From positions 1-40,992 of the forward strand of contig JBIKWF010000033.1 of NCBI GenBank assembly GCA_044356455.1: DNA of 40,992 bases. Reading direction: 5' to 3'. Source of the stretch: Bdellovibrionota bacterium (lineage in GTDB: Bacteria; Bdellovibrionota_C; UBA2361; JBGSMV01). Within the stretch, counting starts at the first letter, position 1. Every line of letters starts with the position of its first letter. Made by a program: the position numbers and the translations under genes. The notes below the pieces were generated by a model. That model saw nothing but the letters and a program-made list of their open reading frames with translations, did no database searches and had not been told where the DNA came from. Shown in pieces: positions 9,902 to 18,644 of the stretch.

Positions 9902-10386
9902 CCCCTATGGCAACTTGGCTGGCGCCAAGATTGCCATGACGGGCAAGGGGCTTCGCCCCTGCACCCCAATTCTCCCCTATGGCAACTTGGCTGCGTCCTT
10001 TTCGCTGGCGCCAAGATTGCCATGACGGGCTAGGGGCTTTGCCCCTGCACCCCAATTCCCCCAACCCCCTATGGCAACTTGGCAGCGTCGTTGTCGCTGG
10101 CTCCAAGATTGAAATGACGGACAGGGGCTTTCGCCCCTGCACCCCATAATTTCGCCTTTCCTTTATTCGTTTTGGCAGGCCCTGCTAGGTAGGGCGCCGC
10201 GTCCCCGCGGTGCCGGCAGATCTACCGTCCTGGCACGAGGATGGGTTTTGCACCTTAGCGATTTTGTGATTGTTGCCGCACCTGGATGAGGCGCGGCATT
10301 TGAATCGGCACGCCGGGGACGGCGCGCCCTACCTTATGGCAACTTAGCTGGCGCATGACGGGCTAGGGGCTTTGCCCCTGCACCCC
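9902..10386. repeat. Direct repeats of a ~70-90-bp hairpin-rich unit (three tandem copies plus one shortened copy)
   Basis: Unit CCCCTATGGCAACTTGG...CCAAGATTGCCATGACGGGCxAGGGGCTTxGCCCCTGCACCCC at about 9902, 9974 and 10066, and in shortened form at about 10335. Confidence 0.9.
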
Positions 10387-10620
10387 GATGTTTCCGCCTT
10401 TCCTCTATTCGTTTTTTGGCAGGCCCTGCTTGGTAGGGCGCCGCGTCCCTGCGGTGCCGAATGATCTTCCGCCCTGGCACGAGGGTGGGTTTTGCACCTT
10501 AGCGATTGTGTGATTGTCGCCGTATCTGAATGAGGCGTGGTTATTTGATTCGGCACGCCGGGGACGGCGCGCCCTACCTAGTGGCGCATCTTGGTAGGGC
10601 GCGCCGTCCCCGGCGTGCCG
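10189..10620. repeat. GTAG-family REP elements arranged as two REPIN-like inverted pairs plus one single copy
   Basis: Variants of GTAGGGCGCGCCGTCCCCGGCGTGCCG at 10189-10215(+), 10306-10332(-), 10433-10459(+), 10551-10577(-) and 10594-10620(+). The ~90-bp spacers of the two pairs are homologous. Confidence 0.8.
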
Positions 10621-10688
10621 CGCGATCTTACGCCCTGGCACGTGGTTGCGTGATTTCCGCCGTTTCGCTGATGGCCTAACCGCGCCGC

Positions 10689-11123
10689 TTACTTCTTCTC
10701 TTCCATCATCTGCTTTACCCGCGCACTTAGCATATCTAAGCGCTGGCGCCCGGCTTCCGTGTTTTTGCAAACCCATTCCGTGTTGAGGAACGCCGTTGGT
10801 CTGCCTTCGCGCCGAAACTGCTCAAGATAAGGCTGCACTTTTGCAAAAAAGAAAATTCCTTCCCCGTTATTTTCAACAAAAAAGTCGGCGCTTACGACTC
10901 CATGCCGCACAAAGCTGTAAACCATCTCCCAATAGGTCGAGACCTGGCGAAAGGCCGCATTCATGGGATGGCTCATATCAGCAATTGCGACGAATTCCTC
11001 ATAGTTCTTCGGCCAGAAGGAGCGATTGAGAGAATCGCGGGACTGGCGCATGACGCTCTCGCGGCGGAGTTCGTAGGTCTTAAGGACAAGCTCGGCATCG
11101 TGATGATCAGGGGCTGATTTCAT
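10689..11123 (-). CDS. Conserved hypothetical protein (DUF4760-like)
   Basis: 144 aa with GGAG RBS. N-terminal DAELVLKTYELRRESVMR and QVSTYWEM resemble my recollection of this family. Confidence 0.65.
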   Translation of the reverse strand: MKSAPDHHDAELVLKTYELRRESVMRQSRDSLNRSFWPKNYEEFVAIADMSHPMNAAFRQVSTYWEMVYSFVRHGVVSADFFVENNGEGIFFFAKVQPYLEQFRREGRPTAFLNTEWVCKNTEAGRQRLDMLSARVKQMMEEKK

Positions 11124-11351
11124 AAAGGTTACTCCAAGAGATACATAGTAATGAAAAATCGACTGCTATCGTACCCGGATGGGACGGGAGTGCAACTCTA
11201 GCGGCTGCCGGGCGGTAATCTCGGGATTGCCACTTAAAGACTCTTGGAAGAGGGCAGGGGGCTTTATAAGCTAGGAGCGTGTCCCTTAATAAATCTTTAT
11301 TTTGGACAGACTCCTATCCGAGTTCGCACCCTACCAAAGGTGACCGCCCTC

Positions 11352-12365
11352 ATGAATAAAATTAGTCAGCAAGCGCTCCAGCTCTGGGCCCTTGATCTTC
11401 GGGCGCTTGCGGTCTTTCGGATAGGAGCAGGGGCACTCTTATTGTTCTCGAGCTTCTCCGAAACAATTCCCGATTCTTCCTCGCGCGCGCTCCTTGAGAT
11501 TGGCTTCCGAGTTGCTCTCTTCATATTCGCTCTTGGTTGGTACACGCCTGTTGCAAAGATATTGGTCTGGGGCATCTTTTCCTTCAAGCTTTATGAGCAA
11601 ATGGGCGGGGGCTATTACGGGTTTAAAATACTCTCCACCATGCTCTTTTGGTCGCTCTTTTTGCCCCTTGGGGCTCGCTATTCGATTGATGAGGCAAGGA
11701 GCGCTAAGCGCGAGGAGCTGTCGCCGAGAGGTATCCTTTCGCTTGCCAGTAAGGGCTTACTCCTACAACTCGCGCTCATTTATTTTTCTGGTGGCATAAC
11801 CAAATCTTTAGAGTGCTGGCTATTAGATGGAGGAGCCCTGCGAGCGACGCTTCGTGGCCCTACCGGATATGCTCCTTTTGCCGCTTATCTTTTGCCCTAC
11901 GAGGGGTTCCTTAGCCTACTGTCTCGCTCCGTGTATGTTGCAGAGGTGCTGTTCCCGCTTTTCCTTTTTGTGCCGGTTCACACAGCAAGAATTCGTATCT
12001 TCGTTGCCGCAGTGTTTGTCTCTATGCACCTTGGAATCGCCGCATTTATGCAGATCGGCATATTTCCTTATCTATGCGTTTTTGTGTGGGCCCTCGTCCT
12101 CCCAGCGGTATTTTGGGATTACCTTGAGGCAAAACTAAGGAGGGTGAGGGCGTATGCGGAAGATGCGGTTTTGACGCAGCCTAATCGACTGCTGGAAGGA
12201 GCTGCGCTTGTGGCCATAACTTTTGTGGTCCTCTGCGCGATTGAGCAGTGGTTTGGGATTCTTGGGCCAGAGGCTTTTCGAATAATGAGACTCGCAGGGC
12301 TTGTGATAGGTCTCGACCAGCGCTGGATAATGTTCAATGATCCGTGTGGTACTTGGCCTGATTGA
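11352..12365 (+). CDS. HTTM domain (vitamin K-dependent gamma-carboxylase-like) membrane protein
   Basis: LDLRALAVFRI, FWSLFLPLGARYSID, QLALIYFSGGITK, MHLGI...IGIFP and QRWIMF motifs; multiple TM segments. ATG 11352 preferred over TTG 11244. Confidence 0.85.
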   Translation: MNKISQQALQLWALDLRALAVFRIGAGALLLFSSFSETIPDSSSRALLEIGFRVALFIFALGWYTPVAKILVWGIFSFKLYEQMGGGYYGFKILSTMLFWSLFLPLGARYSIDEARSAKREELSPRGILSLASKGLLLQLALIYFSGGITKSLECWLLDGGALRATLRGPTGYAPFAAYLLPYEGFLSLLSRSVYVAEVLFPLFLFVPVHTARIRIFVAAVFVSMHLGIAAFMQIGIFPYLCVFVWALVLPAVFWDYLEAKLRRVRAYAEDAVLTQPNRLLEGAALVAITFVVLCAIEQWFGILGPEAFRIMRLAGLVIGLDQRWIMFNDPCGTWPD

Positions 12366-12380
12366 CAAAGTGACATTCTG

Positions 12381-12516
12381 CTAAGGAACCTCTCAAAGAC
12401 AGCGCTATCTTATTTTTCTCTCCGTGATCTCTGTGTCCTCTGTGGTTTTTCAACAATTTAAATCAACCACAGAGGGCACAGAGTTCACAGAGCGGACTTT
12501 TTCAGAGATTCCCTAA
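12381..12516. mobile_element. MITE-like palindromic element, copy 1
   Basis: Ends CTAAGGAACCTCTC... and ...TTCAGAGATTCCCTAA; internal inverted repeat CTCCGTGATCTCTGTGTCCTCTGTGGTT / AACCACAGAGGGCACAGAGTTCACAGAG. Confidence 0.8.
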
Positions 12517-12544
12517 GTATCCGTTCAGAGGAGCCTAACCTATC

Positions 12545-13429
12545 ATGCAGCCACAACTTGCTCTCGAATCAACCTTGCTCCTTCACGGCGTCCCTTTGGG
12601 CGAGGCGCTCGAAATTGCCAAGTCGCTCTTCGCCATAGTTAAGGAAGAAGGCGCCGTGCCGCGCCTTGTCACGGTGCAAAATGGACTCCCCTGCACGAAT
12701 ACCAGCCTAGAGGATCTAAAAGTTCTGCTCTCGCTGCCTGCCGAACAAGTTCCAAAACTGAATAGCTCCAACCTCGGCGCAGCGCTCCATTTGGGATGGA
12801 GAGGCGCAACGACGATAAGTAGCACTATGGAGCTTGCCGCAAAGGAAGGGGTCTCATTTTTTGCCACTGGCGGCCTTGGCGGAGTGCACCCTATGAACAT
12901 CAACGCACGAGCGCTGACGTGGGATGTCTCCTCTGATCTTGGGGCCTTTACCAGGTTCCCCGTAGCGGTAGTTGCGAGCGGCGTAAAATCGATTCTTGAT
13001 GTCGCGTCGACAAGGGAGACGCTCGAAGCTCTCGGCGTCCCTGTGGTGGGTTATCAAACGTCAGATTTTCCTGCCTTTTACTTCAGAAAGGATCCGAGCG
13101 GCCACAAGCTTGCGGTGGACGTGCGGTTTGATGACCTCGCGTCCCTAGCCCGCTTCGTCAAAGCTGAGCTTCTGCGCACGGGGCGCGGGCTTGTAATTGC
13201 TAATCCTATCGCGGCTGAGGCGGAGCTTACGGCAAGAGAGTGGGAGGGCTGGCTGTCTGAGGCTGAGAAGCTTCCCGAGGTAGCGCAAAGTAGCGGCCGC
13301 GAACGCACGCCAAAACTTCTTGGGGCCCTGCACCGAATTTCGCAAGGCAAGACACTTGCGGCGAACATTCGGCTCATCAAAGACAATGTAAGACTTGGGG
13401 CAGCGCTGGCGCGAGAAGCCTCGCTCTAG
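12545..13429 (+). CDS. psuG: Pseudouridine-5'-phosphate glycosidase
   Basis: ALESTLLLHG, GATTISSTM, FATGGLGGVH, DVSSDL, GVKSILD, TLEALGVPVVGY, FPAFY, TPKLL and ANIRLIKDN match the PsuG/IndA family. Confidence 0.92.
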   Translation: MQPQLALESTLLLHGVPLGEALEIAKSLFAIVKEEGAVPRLVTVQNGLPCTNTSLEDLKVLLSLPAEQVPKLNSSNLGAALHLGWRGATTISSTMELAAKEGVSFFATGGLGGVHPMNINARALTWDVSSDLGAFTRFPVAVVASGVKSILDVASTRETLEALGVPVVGYQTSDFPAFYFRKDPSGHKLAVDVRFDDLASLARFVKAELLRTGRGLVIANPIAAEAELTAREWEGWLSEAEKLPEVAQSSGRERTPKLLGALHRISQGKTLAANIRLIKDNVRLGAALAREASL

Positions 13430-13440
13430 AACGGCCTGAA

Positions 13441-13576
13441 CTAGGGAACCTCTGAAAAACCTCGATACTTTATTCTCCTCTCTGTGATCTCTGTGTCCTC
13501 TGTGGTTTTTTTACAATTTAAATCAACCACAGAGGGCACAGAGTTCACAGAGTGGACTTTTTCAGAGGTTCCCTAG
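13441..13576. mobile_element. MITE-like palindromic element, copy 2 (best conserved)
   Basis: Perfect 19-bp terminal inverted repeat CTAGGGAACCTCTGAAAAA / TTTTTCAGAGGTTCCCTAG and the same internal palindrome. It lies between convergent genes. Confidence 0.85.
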
Positions 13577-13590
13577 ATTGCTTTGGGTGC

Positions 13591-14034
13591 TCACGTCTTC
13601 GGACGCTGAGAGCTAAAGAGCGCCAACGTAATAGCGAGCCACCCCACGATGAGAAGACTTCCGCCGAGAGGAGTAATCATCGCGAATCTACGGATACCTG
13701 AAAGCACATACGCGTAGAGAGAGCCTGAAAAAATCACCACCCCAAGCGCAATTATCCACCATCCTCTCATGATGCCCTTAGAGCTGCCTTTGAAAATCTG
13801 AGATAGGAGAGGCAGGAACACGAGCGCTACGCCATTTATGAGCTGATAAAAAACAGCTTTCTCGTAAACGGCGAGAAGTTCGGGCGTTAGTACGGATTTA
13901 AGGCCATGGGCGCCAAAGGCGCCAAGAGCGATTCCGGACCACATTACGATACTCCCCCAGGCAGCGAGGCGGGCTGAACAGGTATCGCTCGGAGCTTTTT
14001 CAAGGGGAGAGTGGGCGGGGGAAGAGGCGTTCAT
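13591..14034 (-). CDS. DUF423 (YgdD/TMEM256) family membrane protein
   Basis: LGAFGAHGLK, AVFYQ, GVVIFSGSLY and ITPLGGSLLIVGW. Confidence 0.92.
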   Translation of the reverse strand: MNASSPAHSPLEKAPSDTCSARLAAWGSIVMWSGIALGAFGAHGLKSVLTPELLAVYEKAVFYQLINGVALVFLPLLSQIFKGSSKGIMRGWWIIALGVVIFSGSLYAYVLSGIRRFAMITPLGGSLLIVGWLAITLALFSSQRPKT

Positions 14035-14136
14035 CGGCTGTCTCCTAAGGTTCTATTTTTTAAGATTTCCCCTAAGTAAACACGGAGTGTAACTAACCGC
14101 CAGTCGGCGCGAGTGCTTTAGGATATATTCGGTGAT

Positions 14137-14276
14137 CTAAGGAACCTCTGAAAAACTTCGATATTTTATTTTTTTTCTCTCCGTGATCTCTGTGTCCTCT
14201 GTGGTTTTTTGAGCAATTTAAATCAACCACAGAGGGCACAGAGTTCACAGAGCAGACTTTTTCAGAGCTTCCCTAA
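14137..14276. mobile_element. MITE-like palindromic element, copy 3
   Basis: CTAAGGAACCTCTGAAAAA ... TTTTTCAGAGCTTCCCTAA with the same internal palindrome. Confidence 0.82.
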
Positions 14277-14422
14277 GAAAGCGGAGGGCAAAAGCGTAGA
14301 GATACGATGAGATCAGGAACCTTTGGTATGCGGCAGAGCGCACACATGGGGTGTCTCTGTCGTCCTCGTCTCTCTACGCGTAGGGTGGGTACCTCCTTTC
14401 TTTGTTCCCTGGGCGGAGCCTG

Positions 14423-14713
14423 TTAGTTGCCGCCAGGCTTACCCGCAGGGTACTTCGCTTGAGGGAGCACGAACGAAGTGATCATCACTCGTTCCTCAAC
14501 GTACATGACGTGCTCTTTTCCTGAGTCATCGACCGCGACGACCCAAGTGGCTTCAGCGCTCGTCGGCATGAAGAGGCCGTTCGGCTCAGGCTGCGGCATG
14601 GTGTAGTTCACGTTGTAGGCCTTCTCCGGGTTCGTGAACTGCGTCGAGTACGGAAGTCCGTAGCCGAGTGAGCGGGTCAGGAACACCGGGGTGCCATCGA
14701 GCGCGAACCGCAA
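14423..14713 (-). pseudogene. Probable N-terminally truncated fragment of a phage-type hypothetical protein
   Basis: GYGLPYSTQFTNP...PQPEPNGLFMPTSAEATWV...YVEERV resembles, from memory, the C-terminal half of a widespread phage protein family. GC3 is high, and the TTG abuts the upstream stop with no RBS. Confidence 0.55.
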
Positions 14714-15649
14714 TTAGTCGTAGCGCTTTGAAGGATCCGGAATCTTATAGCTCTTCGTTTCCCCATTCTTTAGGGTGACTTCCACCGTAATGTTTTTTGG
14801 ATAGTCCTGTCCTGGGCTGCGGAAACGGAAATGCTCGCGGTCACCGTTTCCGATGCCTCGGTACATGCCGGCTTCAATTTCTTTCCCGCGCCGGTTCTTA
14901 AGGACCACCTCTTGTACATCTCCGGTTAGGTTCTTCGGAAGAAGGACCACAAGACGGCCATCGCTGTCGGAAACAGGTTTAAAGAGAAAATTGTCGGGGC
15001 CATCCATGGGAGAGGAGGGGCCAGATTGGGTGCTGCTTGAATGCTGAGATCGCTGGGCACTCGCAGGGAGGCCTGCCCAAGGATTGTACTCATCATCGAG
15101 CTTTCTCTCTTCTGCAGTTTCAGTACCTTTGCCAAAAGCGTCAATTTTCGCCTTGGCCATAAGAATAGCTTTTTCCATGAGCTCCACTGCCATGGTCGGA
15201 TCGTTCGCGCCGCCCTTGCCGTCGAAAAGAGCGAGTTTGTTGTCGTCAAGTTGGGCTGCGCTAAAGGCCTCGGAATGCAGTTTGTCGCCCTCTTCCTTGG
15301 TGAGGTTACCCGCGGTCACAAAGCGCTTTAAGGCGTTCCTTGCGGCTACTTCCACAGGGATATAGCCATCACTCTTTGTGTTCTTGGCCTTTTCCTCGTC
15401 AAAGAGGGTCTTGAATTTGGCGAGTCCCTCGTCGCCCTTCAGCGCCTTGATGCGCTCCTGAATAAGCCCGGCAAAAAGATCCTCTTCGCTGACCTTATTG
15501 TCCTGTCCGGGGGAAAGAAGGTCCTGCATCAACTTGGTGAAGTCATCTACCGCACTCGAGGATTTATCCTCAGAGGCGCGCGATACAGCGCGTGTAAGTG
15601 GTTTAAATGACGTAACTGTGGTGGCTGCTGGTACTAGTTCCTGGGACAT
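14714..15649 (-). CDS. Hypothetical protein with a helical N region and a small C-terminal beta domain (FLFKPVSDSDGRLVVLLP...NGDREHFRF)
   Basis: 311-aa ORF with RBS GAGG/AAGGAG and host-like codon usage. Confidence 0.8.
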   Translation of the reverse strand: MSQELVPAATTVTSFKPLTRAVSRASEDKSSSAVDDFTKLMQDLLSPGQDNKVSEEDLFAGLIQERIKALKGDEGLAKFKTLFDEEKAKNTKSDGYIPVEVAARNALKRFVTAGNLTKEEGDKLHSEAFSAAQLDDNKLALFDGKGGANDPTMAVELMEKAILMAKAKIDAFGKGTETAEERKLDDEYNPWAGLPASAQRSQHSSSTQSGPSSPMDGPDNFLFKPVSDSDGRLVVLLPKNLTGDVQEVVLKNRRGKEIEAGMYRGIGNGDREHFRFRSPGQDYPKNITVEVTLKNGETKSYKIPDPSKRYD

Positions 15650-15708
15650 ACCTCACGCTCCTTTGAGGGTTAGCAAAAAGCGAGATCCTTCTCGCTTGTG
15701 CATTACAT

Positions 15709-15724
15709 TGCAGGGAGCGTGCCA
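15709..15724 (-). promoter_or_regulatory. Sigma54 (-24/-12) promoter for the 14714-15649 gene
   Basis: Minus strand reads TGGCACGCTCCCTGCA, matching TGGCACG-N4-TTGC with one mismatch, 60 nt upstream of the ATG. Confidence 0.7.
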
Positions 15725-15754
15725 GGTACGAATGGAGGAGGGAGCCGGATAGGT

Positions 15755-17230
15755 TCAGCGCGCAGCTCTCAGGGTAACAAAAAAAACAGAACCCACGCCT
15801 TCAGTAGATTCCACGCGCACGCTCCCCCCGCACTTTTCAAGCACGCGCTTCACTGAGGCAAGTCCGATGCCGGTGCCCTCAATGTCTTTGCTGTGAGCGC
15901 GCTGAAACGGTCTAAAAAGCTGCGAGATTTTGTCTTTTGGAATTCCGAGCCCATTATCAGCAATCTGCACAACCACTTCGCGGCCACTCGACTGGGGCGA
16001 GAAGGAAACCTGCACCCTGAGCGGCCGCGCAGGCTCGCGGTACTTGATGGCGTTTCCAAGCAAGTTAGAGAATACCTGGTAGAGCCAGACATGCTCTCCA
16101 ATTACGGTAGGCGGAGTTCCCTCAATCGTAATCGAAGCGCCGCTCGAGGAGAGTTGGGGGGAGAGGTGCTGCAAGAGCTCTTTCAGGACGGTGGCAAGTT
16201 CGACTGGTTCAGAGCGCTCATCAAGGGAGCTAATCTTTGAATACTCAAGCACACTTGCCACAAGTTGCTCAAGCTTTTGCGTTGCGCCTCGAATATGCCG
16301 TAACGTTTCTTCAGCTTCTTTAGAAAGCGAGGAGCGCAAATCTTCTTCAAAAATTCCGAGCATGCCTTTAATCGTTACGATCGGGCCCTTAAGATCGTGC
16401 GAAACCATGTACGCAAAATCGTGCAGATCTCGGTTCTTTTCTTCGACTTGCTTCTGGTACCTCACTGCTCCGGTCACATCAAGCATTACAGAGAGGGACT
16501 GTGAGACTTCGCCGTCGTCATCAAGAATGGGGACCGTGCGGGTCTCGACCCACATCTCAATACCGGTCTTGTGCAGAAGTCGGTGGCGAATTTGGAAGGC
16601 TTCGCCCATAACACCAATCTTAAGTGCACGTTCGTAACGCTCTTTATCTTCGGGGTGAACAATTTCGAGAAAGAAATCCTGAGAATGATCGAAGATCTCC
16701 TTCCGAGAGTATCCGGTAAGAACCTCTGTGTAGGGGCTACAGTACTCGAGGGCGTTTTTGGAATCTCTTAAAATGACGGCAGCCGCAATATTGTCCGTGA
16801 GTACCTTTTGGCGATCGATGACTTCTTGAGAGGCTTTTTCTGCGGCTCGCTGAGATTCTTCAAAGGATGCCGCGCGCTCGGCAAGTTCTTGCAAAGAAGC
16901 ATCAATAGCCTTAAAGCCCGTCAGCGTAGGGGGCGCATGGTGGGGGTCTGAAGAAGGAGCAGGCGAATTCGAGCGCCCACGTAACGCTAAGCCAAAGAGC
17001 CCCGTAACAAACAATCCTCCCGCTACAAGAAAGGTCGCCCCCCAAGAGAGTGCGTAAGCGGGAGAAGAGAAAGGCGCAGCGCCAAAACTAGCTGAGGCCA
17101 ATACGAGTGCGGCAAGAAGAAAGGCCAAAGAGGGAGCGGCGCTCACAGCCCCCAGGAGGCGCCCTAAAAGCGGCGCCTTCTTCACCTGCATGGGGTTCTT
17201 TGAGGAAAGCGCGAGAGAGGAATTGCCCAT
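15755..17230 (-). CDS. PAS domain sensor histidine kinase
   Basis: N-terminal TM helices, PAS (IVHPED, WVETR), H-box FAYMVSHDLKGP, N-box NLLGNAIKY, DNGLGI and GTGIGL. Confidence 0.95.
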   Translation of the reverse strand: MGNSSLALSSKNPMQVKKAPLLGRLLGAVSAAPSLAFLLAALVLASASFGAAPFSSPAYALSWGATFLVAGGLFVTGLFGLALRGRSNSPAPSSDPHHAPPTLTGFKAIDASLQELAERAASFEESQRAAEKASQEVIDRQKVLTDNIAAAVILRDSKNALEYCSPYTEVLTGYSRKEIFDHSQDFFLEIVHPEDKERYERALKIGVMGEAFQIRHRLLHKTGIEMWVETRTVPILDDDGEVSQSLSVMLDVTGAVRYQKQVEEKNRDLHDFAYMVSHDLKGPIVTIKGMLGIFEEDLRSSLSKEAEETLRHIRGATQKLEQLVASVLEYSKISSLDERSEPVELATVLKELLQHLSPQLSSSGASITIEGTPPTVIGEHVWLYQVFSNLLGNAIKYREPARPLRVQVSFSPQSSGREVVVQIADNGLGIPKDKISQLFRPFQRAHSKDIEGTGIGLASVKRVLEKCGGSVRVESTEGVGSVFFVTLRAAR

Positions 17231-17236
17231 AGCTAG

Positions 17237-18169
17237 TTAATGGCTCCCGCCTCCCGCATAGAGATCGAACTCGGTCTCAAAGGATCTCTTTATCCCTGAG
17301 AGTATACCCGCAGCATCACCAGCAGGGATCCCGAGATGGGACCATACTTCAGGAAGCTGCTCTTCCGCGCGCGACTTAAGTTTTGAAAGCGTACGGGTAT
17401 GACCCAAGCCAAGCGCGTGGGCGATGAGGTCTGCCCCTTTGATAATTGCTGCGGCAGAGTCTCTGGGAAGCGCCTCCCAATTCAGGTGATGCTCGCGAAT
17501 CATGCTGACCAAGTCACTCGAGAAGTTCCAGCGCTGGCCAATGAGTTGTCCGACTTCAGTGTGGTCAAAGGGAAAGGAGCGCGCCTCGGCGCTGCAAAAA
17601 TCTATTCCTTCACGCTCAACGGCGGTGAGAATCTTCGCATACTCTTCAGGGTTTCTTTGCAGAAGCAAAAGTTTCCCCACGTCATGCATGAGGCCCCCTA
17701 AAAAAATGAGTTCCGCGACACTTGGCTTAAGGCGCTGGGCTAAGAACTTGGCCGCAAGTGCGGTTCCAATATCATGGCCCCAGAGCATGGCGCGGGTGGG
17801 GGATTTCGAAGGGAAAATTTCCGAAAGGGTATTGGCGTTTAGAAGGCAGCGCAGTTCATTGATTCCAATAACAAGTACCGATTCTTCGATGGTGGTGCTT
17901 TTCTTGCCGCGGTCAAAGTACACGGAGTTTGCAATTTTGAGTACGCGGGCAGAGAGCCCCTCGTCAGACTCAATAACCTCTATAAAGTTTCGAGCCTCGG
18001 CGTTTGGGTCGGTCGAAAGCTGAAAAGCTTTCTGGGCAGCCCCCGGCATCGGCGGAATGCTGCGCGCGCCCACCACACTTAGAATAGAGCTTTCAACGGC
18101 AGGGCTTAGAGGCGGTGTGGCCGTTGGGGTGACTCCCGGTTTCTTTTTGCCAAACAAGTTTCCAAACAT
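17237..18169 (-). CDS. HDOD domain-containing signal transduction protein
   Basis: IPPMP, DEGLSARVLKIANSVYF, GLMHDVGK, DHTEVG...W and EHH. ATG 18169 preferred over TTG 18205. Confidence 0.93.
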   Translation of the reverse strand: MFGNLFGKKKPGVTPTATPPLSPAVESSILSVVGARSIPPMPGAAQKAFQLSTDPNAEARNFIEVIESDEGLSARVLKIANSVYFDRGKKSTTIEESVLVIGINELRCLLNANTLSEIFPSKSPTRAMLWGHDIGTALAAKFLAQRLKPSVAELIFLGGLMHDVGKLLLLQRNPEEYAKILTAVEREGIDFCSAEARSFPFDHTEVGQLIGQRWNFSSDLVSMIREHHLNWEALPRDSAAAIIKGADLIAHALGLGHTRTLSKLKSRAEEQLPEVWSHLGIPAGDAAGILSGIKRSFETEFDLYAGGGSH

Positions 18170-18233
18170 AGCGGCTTTTTTAACAGTGCGCTTCTTTTTG
18201 CCCAAAGGGCGACGTCTTTTGAGGCCTTAAATC

Positions 18234-18366
18234 GAGCCCCTGAAAAGATAGAATGCTCGTAATCCTCGTGGGCACGTAGTGGCCTGCGTGGTTGATTCAA
18301 CGGAGAGAAAAACCACAGAGGCCACAGAGCACACAGAGAGATGGCTCGATTTCAGAGGCTCCTTAG
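18234..18366. mobile_element. MITE-like element, copy 4 (inverted and diverged)
   Basis: GAGCCCCTGAAA ... AAAAACCACAGAGGCCACAGAGCACACAGAG ... TTTCAGAGGCTCCTTAG; the reverse complement begins CTAAGGAGCCTCTGAAA. Confidence 0.7.
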
Positions 18367-18644
18367 TTTAGGGTGCACAGGAACCCAAGCGCTAGCCTGC
18401 TTCGAATCGAATTCTTGCAGCACGTGTTTGCGAGCAAGGTGTCTGTCCCACTGCCACCACAGCATGTAGGGGCGAGAGTTTCCTACGGGGCAGACTCCTA
18501 ATCCCGTCTGCCCCCTTGGTAATTGATTGAAAAAATTCATAAAGAGAGCAGCCAGTCCCGCGAGACGATTTTGCTTTAGTCCCTTACTTAAGACTCTCAA
18601 GGCATGGTCGGCGGGATAGGGATTGTTGTAAGCTTCTCCCCTTT

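Noticed and set aside
9902..10150. Possible CRISPR array after tRNA-Val
   Set aside because: Units are 70-90 bp and nearly identical throughout; the variable parts are short and related to each other, not unique spacers.
9815..10776. Short ORFs over tRNA-Val and the repeat cluster
   Set aside because: They are translations of tRNA and GC-rich repeats with no protein-like features.
14045..14076. CTAAGG...CCCCTAAG as a collapsed remnant of the MITE
   Set aside because: Too short and degenerate to distinguish from chance.
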